DNA of 64,000 bases, taken from NCBI GenBank assembly GCA_973895155.1, contig OZ316895.1:4901181-4965180 (forward strand). The letters are read 5' to 3'. Origin of the DNA: Marsupella aquatica (lineage: Eukaryota; Plantae; Marchantiophyta). Below the pieces are notes generated by a model. That model was not told the origin of the DNA and searched no databases. It saw only the letters and a program-made list of their open reading frames with translations. The position numbers and the translations under genes are program-made. Below are positions 26,705-40,500 of the stretch, in pieces. Within the stretch, counting starts at the first letter, position 1. Each line of letters starts with the position of its first letter.

Positions 26705-27150
26705 AAATTGCAGTGTCGAACAACAGAATGTTTTTTTCCCCTAAACCAACATGCTTTTCTATACTATTAATCTAGGTAGCTAAGTAGAAGCACACCGCAT
26801 CAGATGGTATCTGAGTTTAACTCAACAAGACCATTATGTCCGCCTACAAAAGATTATACTCAGGTGAACGCGTTATTTTTTGTAGAAAGTGTCACTGGAA
26901 ACTACCTTCTAAGAGAATCCATCTACACAAGAAATGTAGGAGTCATCTAGAGTCTTAATGAAAGACAAAGAAAAACTTAACCCAAGCAAAAACCATACCA
27001 TGAGAAGAGTTGGATATTTGTTTATACCCAGGTTCGTGTTCATCTCTTACATTGTCATGTTGCCCCACATACAGGGTTATTTCATGTATTGTATTCACAT
27101 GCGGGCTGGCAAATCTCCCCCGTTGCCAGCCTAATAACGATGTCTTGGAT

Positions 27151-27326
27151 ATTGCATTCGTGTTTCATACAATCATAGGGGTAATCACCGAAGATAATTT
27201 GCAATCTTTCCAGGATTATTTCGAGGCTACCATCTGCCATTGCATTCGTGTTTCATATTATCATAGGGGTAATCACCTATGATAATAAGCAAAATTTTCC
27301 ATGTTTATTTCGAGGCTACCGTCTGA
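27151..27326. repeat. ~88 bp tandem duplication (2 diverged copies)
   Basis: attgcattcgtgtttcata...atcataggggtaatcacc...gataat...ttatttcgaggctacc.tctg at 27151 and 27239. Confidence 0.85.
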
Positions 27327-28263
27327 CGATGAAATTATATTCTGTTTTGTGTATTGCATGTGTAATGAGTGGACAAAGGATTATTATAGAAAGCAGCAAA
27401 AGAGGTAGGCAAAATCGAGGAAAGTAAGGTGCTCGTCATCATGCAAAATTGTAGCATTGTGATGGATCTTTGTTTCGTCCCCTCGACCGTCCCTTGTTTC
27501 TAAATGCACCACGTCTGCTTTGTATTCTTTCTTTCCAATTGGAATTGCCCAATTTGGAGATGAGGAGGAGGGAGGGGGGTTCACGAGGTAGAATTTTATT
27601 CCTCTGGTTACACATTATGGATTTCGTTAGCCATGATTGTATTAGATTAGAACTGCTATGTGCAACTAAGGAACCAAAACATTTATTAGCGGACATAAGT
27701 ACCTGATCAACTACTGTACAAGACTGAATCTGAAACACCGATTGCTGATTTGTAAGGCCATTTTGTGATACAGTACGTCTCGAATACAGTTTGAATTGAG
27801 GGACTTTAATTAGACTACTCTCATGTACAGGCTCGGTTGTGCTGATTGGAATTCACGTCCAGGACACTTGACAGGCCGTGATTATGTCACTTCACTTAAG
27901 AGACAGTCTCATCTATATGCTGTCTTAGGTTTTAACGTACCCCGGATTAATTTGTCTCTCTGAATTGAGTTGTATTGATATGCTTGCCACTCTATTCGTC
28001 CGACCCAACTAGGAATCTCCAGAAGCTTCTTTCCTTTATCATTTTACACTTCTCTAGCTTGTCTGCATTTACCATTCTCATGCATTGTAGAACTAATTAA
28101 ATTGTAACGTCAGGTTAAGTCAACATCCCTCTTCAAAAGAGAAAATCTGCTCCTGTATGTATTATGATAATTTTTGAAGGAAGAAATGCAAGTTCGCTTG
28201 CCCCTTCGATATTGTATACTAGCTGCTATGGCTCGAGCCTCATTTTCCACCTGGTCTGGACTT

Positions 28264-28684
28264 TAATTTAAGGTGTTTCATCAATTCAGTACTCTAGCAG
28301 AGACAGATGCAAAAGCTTTGTTTTGTCAGAAGTTGAGTCAACCATCATACCAGGATACAATTCGGGGCCAACAAAGGACAAACCTTCTGTCAAGCCCAGG
28401 TCTCTTTCTCCACCTGGCACGGTTAGGATTCTACACTCAGCTGTGAAAATTGTATCACAGCTTTCCCACCTGGACATAATTTAAGGTGTTTCATCAATTC
28501 AATATTGTAGCTGAGTCAGTCAGTTCCAAAAGCATGGTTTTGTCAAAAGTCGTGTCAACCATGATACCAGGATACAATTAGGGGCCAACTCCAAAAGGAC
28601 AAACATTCTGTGAAGCCCAGCTCTCGTTCTCCACCTAGCACGGTTAGGAGTCGACACTCACTGTGAAGATTTTATCACAGCTTT
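28264..28684. repeat. ~214 bp tandem duplication (2 diverged copies)
   Basis: Both copies begin taatttaaggtgtttcatcaattca (28264, 28478), share ataccaggatacaatt.ggggccaac and gcacggttagga, and end tatcacagcttt. Confidence 0.88.
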
Positions 28685-31600
28685 GGTCAGCTTGTATTTC
28701 GATTACTCTCTCGTACAATTTATGGCGCAAATGACAAAGAAAGGCTGTTCAACCTGGTCATTTCTGGACATTTGGGCAAATGACAAATTAATCGAAGGGC
28801 TGTTCGGATTGGAAGCCCGATCAGTTCTGGACATCCGACATCCTGGAAAGCAATTCCCAGCACCTAAAGTGCAGCCACCTCAGTTATACATTGTTTCCTC
28901 AGTTCGACGCCCTCTCTGGAAATTTCTGTCTGACGGATTCCTCAGCCACTTCGCCGACCTCCATGTCGTTGTTGTGGTTGAATGTTTTCCCAATCCTCCC
29001 TAAATTTCCGCAGCATTGAAATCTCAGTGGACTCATGTCCCACCTTGACACCTTCTAACTCTTGTTGTCCCACGCCGTACTGTGGTCCCATTGTCCAGAC
29101 AACCCGGAGAAATATATATAACGAGCACTTCATTTTACTTCTTAGATTATGGGTTCCGCTGTGTAGTGTTTGATTTATAATTACAGATGATTATTGACTC
29201 AGTTCCTTTAATTTTGTTCAGGGGGTGGGGTGGTGATTGAATAAGTTCATTTGATTTTGACGGCCAGTTTTTATAAATTCAAGGTCCACAAACATTCATT
29301 GGTATGTTCGCAGCCTTTGTGGTTGTTGCTGTCCTTCTCCTCCTGCAACACGTCGGCACTGTATCTTTCTGAGATCTTGCAAGAAATTATTTGATTTAAC
29401 TATATAAAAAAGACACATTCCTATATTCATTGGTTTGCACTTCTCCCTTGGCTTATAGCAACAAATAACATAAATATGAAAGTTGAAGGACTATATGTGA
29501 CCTTGTTTAGTTTCCATCTACCTTTCAGGAGGGGTTAGGTTGTGTTTATTTATTTTCCATAATACAAAGGGGAGAACCACGTGGCAGCTCAGAGGGGGAA
29601 ATCCTAAAATTAATTACATTGGGACAGCGCGAGGGCAACGCCCCAATGGGCAAAAAGGGTCAAAGTGACCGTAAGCACGTCGTTGGCCAGAATTAAACCA
29701 CGTCAAGTTTGGAGTTGTAGTTTAATGTGCTTCTATCCCCGCTTTACATGGAACTACTGAAAGTCCTTGTAGTTTTTTTGTCCCCAATGTTTTCAAACAT
29801 AGGTGCGAGTAAATTTTTTATTTTAAACAACATGATATTGTTTTTCAAAAATAATGTGTAGTTCTATCTCAAAATGGAGGGCATTTTTATGCAAAGTTGT
29901 TTGCTAAGAGTTAACATAAAAGATCTGGTTCGCTTGAGGGTGAGAAAAAAATCATACTTAGATCTGGACTTCAATCTTGCAGCTGTCCATTTTGCAATGA
30001 AGTGGCTTCTTAAGATTAAAATCCTCCAAACAATGATAATTTTCAGTCCTTTTTTTACGACATGCAAATTTCTCATCCACACTGGATCGTCAGTCCTTTT
30101 CAGCATGACAGAATTTCCTCCATGCTTAGAATTCAATTTGGATCATCCATACTAGGCAGCAATACAAAATGATAACCTGAGGGGGTACCTACTGGGAGGA
30201 CGAAAGACGGCACTCTGAAATAGGGAGGTGAGGGTTGGGGTGGAACACACAGGTAAGGCAGTCTAAACCCTGCCGCTGAGGGTGATAGAAACCATGAAAA
30301 TTGTTCAATGTGACAATTGCAGGGCCATGAAATCTCTTGTGGCTACCCAAGGTTAAGTGACTTATTAACCCGTGATGAAAAAAAGAGTGATATTGTTAGA
30401 ATTAATCCCGGCATTAATTTTAGAAACGTGACAATCTAATAAAGCCCAGAATCCAAAACCCTCCTTGGCTACAGAAAATCCAAAATACTGGTCATGAACT
30501 TCAGTCACATGACTGAGCCTCGACATCTCAGTAAGACTCCATGTCTGTGCTTCGTAACCTCAGAGCAGCTCTATCTCTGTCTGTGCTAACTAAGCTTTCT
30601 GGCCTACATGTGGAACTTTCTGAAATCACACAATCTCCCAGATTTGGTTGCGTTTTTGTCTTCCAATCAGGACTTTTGTCTATGTCATCCGTGGCACTTT
30701 CGGTGCCTCAAACGAGTTATTTTTTATAGAATCACTAGAAATCCTTGGTGGCGATTTCTTTCTCTCTCAATTAGATACTTACAGTAAATTCTTAAATCTC
30801 AAATGAAACATCATTTAAAAAACGTTTCTCAATAAAATAATAATAATTATGAGATGAAAGATTTAAAAAATTATTTACAAAGGGTTTCTGAGAAATACTG
30901 AAATTTTTTTAAATGAAAGTGAATTGTGGGGGTTTACACTAAGCTGGTTGTAACTGTGTGAGTGTTACCTTTACTAACATCATGCATAGCATTTCGGCCC
31001 ATGCATAGGACCATGCACACCGTATGTGCTCAGGAACCTTCACCAGCTGTGATTCATCCCATATTCCATATAACTTCATCCCGGGTGTCCAAATTGCCAC
31101 ATGGCGCCAGATTGTCTTCCATTGCTCTGTCTACTCTGTGGATACGGTCTTCGTAAATCCCTCCCTGCAAAACGACGGATATGGTCTGGACTGCACCGTC
31201 GAGTGTATTGTTGCCCATTTTTCTAATTTAAGGGGCTTGCCTTTCTTCCCAACCCCCCAATCCATCACTAAATACCAAAGTTGGTAACTATCAATGAAAG
31301 GTTTTGAGAAGTTTTTTGAGCAACTTGCAAAATTTTCAACGTGGCATCCTTAGAAAATTAAGTCTTGTTTTATGAGCAACTAGCTTAGATTTCAAGCTTC
31401 ATACTAGGATAGGATTTCTAGCCACGTTAACTTTCCATTTGTTGGGTGCACAATGACAGTCATGAATTTAGTGTAAAAACCATACAAAGACAAATGTGGG
31501 ATCCAATCCGAGTTCATAAAGGAGTTCATAAAGGTTCCAATAGAGATTATGTCAAAGCTTAGAGCTCATTCAATTCTGAATGTAAGTAGCTACCACGGCT

Positions 31601-32825
31601 CATATAGCCAGGCCAAATTAATAAAAATAGCATATTCAATCATGAAATTTAAACACTATAATAGCAAGTGATCTTGCTATTTCTTTCTCACACTGTCGTT
31701 ACAAAATGTCATTCTCTCCCCTCCCCCACTATCCCCAAGTGCCATTTGATTATGGTCACATTTTTATCCAACCATGAGATGGGCCTAAAGGTTGCCGCTG
31801 TATACCTTTTTCTGCACCCAATTTGCCCCTCTCCCAATAGCTCATACAACCACGTCTCATACACTCCTTGAAAATAATGCAATTGTCAGGATGACTTGCC
31901 AAGTCCCCATCGCCTCCCACTATCTGGCTATTTAAGTTATGCTTAAACAACACTTCCTTTCAACATCACTTAATATTGACAATACTGACTGTACAAAGTA
32001 CACGGGAAAGTATGAGCATTGCACTACTGAGTAAGACTCATGATACAAGCAAAGAGTCTGGGTTTTCCCTTAAAGCTGATGGCACCCCAAACTACACTGG
32101 GCCTCCCAAACCAGCTCATTACAGACCAAAAATCTGCGGTTCCCGCAAAACATGACTGTCAGTAACTCAGATGGTCATCGCACCGACATATGCACCAAAG
32201 TTGCTTTGCACAATATATATATATGTGTCTGCACCCTTCAAGAATCATTGGCGCCCATTCAATAATTGTCAGCACCCAGTTGACCCGCCCAAGCATGTAC
32301 ATTGAAACCAGTCTCAAAAGTGAAACCCCGTGGATTGATTTGGGTTGAAAGTTGGGTTTCAGTCATGCGCATAGATTTCCTAGGACAAATGACTGCAAAT
32401 AAAATGAGAAACAGCAAATTTGACACTCCCTACTAGTGAGGGTTGTCGTCACCCCTACTAGTGCGGGTTTTCCTCAACACTGAGGGCGAGTTCACCAAGG
32501 GGGAACAAAAAAGTGAAATTTCTCGTCTGGGCAGCACAGCCGGTGCCCAAGACGAGAAATTCCACTGCGGCCCGTTGCTGTTTTGGCCTTCCAGAGGGAA
32601 GGAAAGGCTCCCTCTGTCCCTCAGTCCCTCTCGACCGGCCTCGAGTTTCTGGGCTCGCAACTGACAGATGGCGCGCAGGGGCGTGTTCCACGCGGTGGGG
32701 CAGAGTCAAGGAGGGGTCCAGCTATCCGGACGGCGCGCCGTCAACGTCGGTCCAACGGAAACTATTTATTATTAATTAATTTAAAACTTCCGGGCTGACC
32801 GTCTCGCCGGGCCGCCCACGGCGAC

Positions 32826-32833
32826 TATAAAAA
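32826..32833 (+). promoter_or_regulatory. Candidate TATA box / Pol II core promoter of the hairpin-cluster host transcript
   Basis: TATAAAAA follows a GC/CpG-rich stretch (32560-32825) and precedes pyrimidine-rich cattcca/cattctc repeats ~20-50 bp downstream. No convincing protein-coding ORF follows. Confidence 0.55.
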
Positions 32834-33629
32834 CCACGTTCGTCATTCCATATTTCATTCCATTCTCATTCCATCGGCCTTTGGTTTCGCGTCGCCACAC
32901 AAACGAAGCGCCGCATGGTCCCTCTCGTAACGCCTCTCGTTCCAACCTAACCAGGGTTCCGACCGCTTAACCTGCCTTCTTTAGTCTCACATGGGTTTCT
33001 GGATAGGAAAAGGGGAACTCTCTGAGTTCAGCTTTTCTCTCGAAAGAGTGCCATGCTTGTGGCTGTTTGTGCTATAAGCGTCTCTGGTAGGGGAAGAGGT
33101 TGTATGGGAGTTCTCGGTGACGGAGAGACTGGTCTTGGCGGCTCGACCTCAGAATGCAACAGTTTTTGCTTCAGGAATGGTGATGGCTCTCGATCGAGGT
33201 AATGTAATGCAACACACAGCTCAACTTCAATTCCGCTCCACAGACTGACACCTCTTCTTGACATTCATCATGGGTACCTCAGGGTTGTGCTCATATGCAT
33301 TTCGTGAGCCTATATACATACTAAAAAGTTTTGAGATTAATGATATACTAGAGTGTGACTGAATGAAGTCTGGCTTAGGGGCTCACGCGCAATGTGGTCG
33401 TCTGGAAGTTGCAATGTCAATAGTCCATCACTAAATTCCAGGTCAAGTACAAGTCTAGGATGCCAGTGAACACAGTTCGTATTTTATTCCGATCATCGAC
33501 CTGTTAGCACACCATAATTGTTGAATCGTCGAGAGACTTAGTATTGTATTCTGATCATCAACCTGTTAGCACACTATAATTGTTGAATTGGCGAGAGAGG
33601 AAATCCAGATTGATATATGGTGCTCTCAA

Positions 33630-36600
33630 GAAAGACAGATTCTAATGGACTGGCCAAACTCAAGATTATTCGAGAAATGAGTGTAGTCGGCGCACTGTGT
33701 TAGTATCGTCGCACTGGTCTAGTGTTTGAATGAGTGCACTGAGTGTGCTCTGAACAATTCACTGCGCCATTCCTAATCCTAAGGATATAGAAGTAAAATC
33801 AAAATGTCAAGAACCAGATCATGTGGATTTTTGACGAATGATGCACAGCAACAGCTAGCGCCCTTAATGTGAATGTCATTACAATAGACATCCACATTGA
33901 GTATGCTAGCTGCTTGCTGGGCAATGTGCTTCGAACAATTCACAGCTCCATTCCTAATCCTAGAAATTCTATAGACAGGTTCAATAGGACTGGCCAAATT
34001 ACAAGATTATTCGAGAAATGAGCCGTAGTACGTCGGCGCACTGCGTTAGTGTAATCTCGCTGGTCAAGTGTTTGAATGACTACAATATATGAGCTACTAT
34101 ACAATTCACAGCTTTATTCCTAATCCTAGGATATATGAGTAAAATCGAAATGCTAAGAGCAAGATCAGGTGAATTTTTGGACGAATGATGCACAGCAACA
34201 GCTAGCGCCCTTAATGGGAATGTCGTGAGAAGTAAACAGACATCCGCATTGAGTATGCTAGCTGCTTGCTGGGCAACATGCTTTCGAATAATTCACGGCT
34301 CCATTACTAATCCTAGGATATATGAGTAAAATCGGAATGCCAAGAGCGGGATCAGGTCAGGTGAAATTTTTGGACGAATGATGCACAGCAACAGCTAGCT
34401 CCCTTAATGGCAATGTCATTGGACACCCACAGACATTCGCATTGAGCATGCTAGCTGCTTGCTGGGCAATATGCTTCCGAATAATTCACAGCTCCATTCC
34501 TAATCCTAGGATATATGAGAAAAATCGAAATGCCAAGAGCAAGATCAGGTGAATTTTTGGAGGAATGTTGCACAGCAACAGCTAGCGCCCTTAATGAGAA
34601 TGTCGATCATTGGACACCCACAGACATCCGCATTGAGTATGCTAGCTGCTTGCTGGGCAATATGCTTCCAAATAATTTAGAGCTCGATTTTTAATAGATC
34701 CTAGTAAGGATATATAAGTAAAATCGAAATGTCAAGAGCGCGATCAGGTGAATTTTTGGACGAATGATGCACAGCAACAGCTAGCGCCCTTAATGGGAAT
34801 GTCGTGAGAAGTAAACAGACATCCGCATTGAGTATGCTAGCTGCTTGCTGGGCAACATGCTTTCGAATAATTCACGGCTCCATTACTAATCCTAGGATAA
34901 ATGAGTAAAATCGGAATGCCAAGAGCGGGATCAGGTGAAATTTTTGGACGAATGATGCACAGCAACAGCTAGCTCCCTTAATGGCAATGTCATTGGACAC
35001 CCAAAGACATTCGCATTGAGCATGCTAGCTGCTTGCTGGGCAATATGCTTTCGAATAATTCACAGCTCCATTCCTAATCCTAGGATATATGAGAAAAATC
35101 GAAATGCCAAGAGCAAGATCAGGTGAATTTTTGGAGGAATGTTGCACAGCAACAGCTAGCGCCCTTAATGAGAATGTCGATCATTGGACACCCACAGACA
35201 TCCGCATTGAGTATGCTAGCTGCTTGCTGGGCAATATGCTTCCAAATAATTTAGAGCTCGATTTTTAATAGATCCTAGTAAGGATATATAAGTAAAATCG
35301 AAATGTCAAGAGCGCGATCAGGTGAATTTTTGGACGAATGATGCACAGCAACAGCTAGCGCCCTTAATGGGAATGTCGTGAGAAGTAAACAGACATCCGC
35401 ATTGAGTATGCTAGCTGCTTGCTGGGCAATACGCTTCCGAATAATTCACAGCTCCATTCCTAATCGATCCTAGGATATATAAGTAAAACCGAAATGTCAA
35501 GATCGAGCGGGATCAGGTGAATTTTTGGACGGATGATGCACAGCAACATCTAGCGCCCTTAATGGGAATGTCGTGAGTATTAAACAGACATCTTCATTGA
35601 GTATGCTAGCTGCTTGCTGGGCAATGTGCTTCGAACAATTCACAGATCTATTCCTCGTCCTACTTACGCATTCTATGAACAGGTTCTGTAGGACTGGCTT
35701 ACAAGATTTTCGAGAAATGACTGTGGTCGGTGCACTGGGTAGTATCATCTCACTGGTCTAGATTTTGAATGAATACAATGAGCGAGTATATATGATTTGA
35801 AGAATCCACAGCTCCATTTCTAATCCTAGAATGTATCGGTAAAATCGAGAGCCAAGAGCGGGATTATAAGAATTTTTGGACGAATGATGCACAGCAACAG
35901 CTAGCGCCCTTAATGGGAATGTCGTGATAAGTAAACAGACATCCGCATTGAGTATGCTAGCTGCTTGCTGGGCAATGTGCTTCGAACAATTCACAGATCT
36001 ATTCCTCGTCCTACTTACGCATTCTATGAACAGGTTCTGTAGGACTGGCTTACAAGATTTTCGAGAAATGACTGTGGTCGGTGCACTGGGTAGTATCATC
36101 TCACTTGTCTAGATTTTGAATGAATACAATGAGCGAGTATATATGCTTTGAACAATCCACAGCTCCATTTCTAATCCTAGAATGTATCGGTAAAATCGAG
36201 AGCCAAGAGCGGGATTATAAGAATTTTTGGACGAATGATGCACAGCAACAGCTAGCGCCCTTAATGGGAATGTCGTGATAAGTAAACAGACATCCGTATT
36301 GAGTATGATAGCTGCTTGCTGGGCAATGTGCTTCGAACAATTCACAGATCTTTACCTCGTCCTATAGATTCTAGATATGAGCAGGTTCTGTAGGACTGGC
36401 AAAATTACAGGATTTTCGAGAAATGACTGAAGTCGGTGCACTGAGTTAGTATCATCTCACTGGTCTAGAGTTTGAATGAATACAATAAGCGAGTTTATAT
36501 GCTTTGAACAATCCACAGCTCCATTTCTAACCCTAGAATGTATCGGTAAAATCGAGAGCCAAGAGCGGGATTATAGGAATTTTTGGACGAATGATGCACA

Positions 36601-37560
36601 GCAACAGCTAGCTCCCTCAATGGGAATGTCGTGATAAGTAAACAGATATCCGCATTGAGTATGCTAGCTGCTTGCTGGGCAATGTGCTTCGAACAATTAT
36701 TCACAGATCTATACCTCGTCCTATAGATTCTAGATATGAGCAGGTTCTGTAGGACTGGCCAAATTACAGGATTTTCGGGAAATGACTGAAGTCGGTGCAC
36801 TGAGTTAGTATCATCTCACTGGTCTAGAGTTTGAATGAATACAATAAGCGAGTGTATATGCTTTGAACAATCCACAGCTCCATTTCTAACCCTAGAATGT
36901 ATCGGTAAAATCGAGAGCCAAGAGCGGGATTATAGGAATTTTTGGACGAATGATGCACAGGAACAGCTAGCTCCCTAAATGGGAATGTCGTGATAAGTAA
37001 ACAGACATCCGCATTGAGTATGCTAGCTGCTTGCTGGGCAATGTGCTTCGAACAATTATTCACAGATCTATACCTCGTCCAATAGATTCTAGATATGAGC
37101 AGGTTCTGTAGGACTGGCCAAATTACAAGATTTTCGGGAAATGACTGAAGTCGGTGCACTGAGTTAGTATCATCTCACTGACCGTCTAGAGTTTAAATGA
37201 ATACAATAAGCGAGTATATATGCTTTGAACAATCCACAGCTCCATTTCTAATCCTAGGATATGTGAGAAAAATCGAAATGCCAAGAGCGGGATCAGGTGA
37301 ATTTTTGGACGAATAAATCACAGCAACAGCTAGCGCCCTTAATGGGAATGTCATTAGAAATCCAGACATACTCATTGAGTATGCTAGCTGCTTGCTGGGC
37401 AATATTTTTCGAGAAATTCACAGCTCCAGTTCTAATCGTGAGGATTCTATAGACAGGTTCTATAATTATAGCCAATTAATTAATACAAGAAATCATTCGA
37501 GAAATAACTGTTGCCGGCTCAATGTATCAGTATCATCTCACATACTTAGTGTTGCATGAG
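33630..37560 (+). repeat. Recently amplified part of the hairpin array: ~190 bp monomers, a ~574 bp trimer, and ~350-360 bp units
   Basis: Spacing between successive 5' arms: 347, 193, 187, 199, 188, 187, 199, 195, 351, 351, 356, 359, ~363. Spacers are near-identical between copies. Confidence 0.93.
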
Positions 37561-40500
37561 TACATAGCATTGTCGTAGTCTGCGTGGCTGATAGGAGATG
37601 TACAAGATGGGAACTGTTCGGGTGACATTGTCAAAAGTATTGGTGTAAAGGTCTTACAGTGGAAGATGCTTGGATCTGGCGTGTAGATTACAGATGAATA
37701 TATATCTCCCTACATATGGCGTGTAGATGACAGATGAATATGTCTCCCTTAATTACACGTTTTAGCGCGCAAAGAGAACAACGTCTACACGTGAAACTTG
37801 AGAGATTGGAAAATTAAAAGTCGACCCCATGCACTGAAAACTTAAGCTGATGTGAGGTCATAATGACGAAGATTCGTCTGTCTTCTTTTATGATAGTACA
37901 TACAGGACGAATCTTGCAATCCGTCGGGGCCCTCATCGGAACGGGAAAACCTAGCAAAGGATTCTTTGGGGCGATAGAAATTGCATGAACTATACTGGGA
38001 TCTGAGCGAACTCTCTGCATCACTAGGGTAGATTCCAAGGGCCGAAAAATCAAGTGGATTCAGGATTGTCAGATGGTCTCAAGTAGGCATTTCTCGAATA
38101 ATCCATGTAGTCCCACGGAATCTGTCTTTCGTGATTCTATAATTAAGACCTTACCCTTACAGGAGCGCGCTTTGTCTCAGCATTCCTGTAGTCAGAACAT
38201 ATTATGAAGACGTAGTCCAGCTCCAGATACCCGCCACTTGAGAATGATTGATTCATGAACTGACTGTTATTTGGTTGTCATTTACTTCCCTCAACATCGT
38301 TTCCGTTAGCAAATGTGACATTGCTTAGAGATATTTATGGCCGGGAGACGCTCGAAGCTTGGTACATATCAAGCTCTAGCGCCCCTGATGCTAGCTGCTA
38401 GCTAGGTGACAAACTTCTCACAACTTACTTTTAATGTCATGATAAATTAGGTTCTACCGGGAGCAGCTAGCTTCTTCGTCCATAATTGGTACATGATCAC
38501 GTAGTTTTGTGTAGATTTTCAGTTTTTCAATCTAGAATTAGTTCCATTCGTGAAAACCATTTCTATCAAGTGACCAAGCTAGATAGAGCAATTACTAAGG
38601 TGTTCGAGGAGTCAGTGATCTTAAAAATGGTGTCACCTCTACAGTGCTGACAGAAATACATACCTCGATCACAAATTAACACTTCTCCATTAAGCACGAG
38701 TAAGCATTGTTCAGCTGCTGTCTATTCTGTTGTCACACGGAGCAGTCAGAACCCTTTCTACTGTCTGCACTCGAATAAATACGTTCTTGCAGGGCCGAAT
38801 CTCTTATCACACCATCAGAATGCAATCTGGCATTCTTTCTATTTTAATGTACGTAGAAGAGGCGAATGAAGGTTGATTCTTAGCAAGAGGTAGTTAGTCG
38901 CATTAATGGGGATGTCAGCGAACTTGGGCTGCTCGTTTGACTGCCATTTGAGAGGAGTCCAAAGATGTCCCAATGGATTCTGCTTGCTCGTTGCTAGGGA
39001 ATGAGTTTCAGGTGACTCGTCAGCTTAACGTACGTACTCAGTACTTTCTCCCGTGCTTAAAAGACCCAGACTGTATAAACAATTAGTTTAAGTGGTGATA
39101 ATTAAATCAGATACGGCCGCATACAAAACTAACGATAAAGTTTTTGTTTAAATGTGGATAAGGTTCTGTTGCTATTCACCTAAATGTCCAAATTCGGGGT
39201 CCAAATATCTGAGTGTAGTATAATATGACGGGATATTTTAACACTGATTTGATGTCAACTACAAGTCCATGGAATAGGTAAATAATCGGGTAAATAATAC
39301 GTGCTGCTGTGGGGCCTACTGTTCTTAGTCCACTACTTTTGTCGTCGACCTCGGCTTGCTATCATTTATGTAGGACCCAACATGTTACTACACTAGCTGT
39401 ACTATATGTAAAGCGGTAAGTATAATATTATTCTCATTATCTTGGAACACATAAAGTCGATAAGTAAAAATGCATTCCCCTTTCTGACTATTTCTAAGGT
39501 ACGTTGATAGTGCTATTTTTTAAGTCAGCCAGGTTTGTGAAATGTATCAAGAGCAAGAGCTAGCGCCCTTACTAATGGCGGTGTCATCGTATTGGTAACC
39601 AAAGATATCGACGTTGAGTATGCTTGCTAGCTGCTTGCTGCAGAGCAGTACGCTGCTAGCTAGCTAGCACTAATTAAACAATATTTCTTCATTTCTCGGG
39701 TACATTTACTACACCTTCTTAATTATCGACAACAACACTCGACCATATATATGTGAAGGCATAACATTTCAATTAAGGAAAGCTTTCAAGGTTGAATTGT
39801 CTGCGGAAGTATGATGCACAGCAAGCGCTAGCGCCCTTAATGGAGATGTCACGACGTTGGTAATTGACGGACATCCACATTGAGTATATATGCTAACTGC
39901 TTGCTGGGCATTATGCTTCTCACAATTCACAACTATTCTTAATGTTAGGACAAGGACGAAGTGTATCACACATTGTCATTAATTACATTAACAAAGAGCT
40001 CATATAAACATCTGGACGATCAAATGAATGTTAGATAAAGAGTGGTTTTATGAATAGTGTGGAGCATGATGCACAGCAAGAGCTAGGGCCCTTAATGGAG
40101 ATATCGATCATGCACGAAATTGATAATGAAAGATATCCACATTGAGTATGCTAGCTGCTTTCGATCGATCTGGGCAATGTGCTTCTCACAATTTACAATG
40201 TCATTTCTGCTATCAACCTCGGGGCCTAAATAAACATAGGACACCTCTTCAATTCGCTGTATTAACAAAAGTACATGTTTTAGGGTGATAACGTTGTTTT
40301 TAGAATCAAGGCTGGTTTATGGTGTATATATGAATTGTCTGATAGAAGTATGCTGCACAGCAAGAGTAGCGTCTTCAATGGAGATGCTGAGAAATTTGCA
40401 ATTCAGTGTAATGCTTGCTGCTTGCTGGCCGGGTAGTGTGCTTTTCACAACTCACAACCACACTTTTCTTCTCTCATGGCTCTCGCCTCATCGAGTATGC

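Noticed and set aside
29500-32500. Short ORFs and possible transposon ends in the intergenic region
   Set aside because: No domain signatures and no matching terminal inverted repeats found.
33779-37475. Repeated short ORFs (CSKHIAQQAASILN... on -, MLAACWAM... on +) as a peptide family
   Set aside because: Frames and stops differ between copies and indels ignore codon phase; conservation follows base pairing rather than codons.
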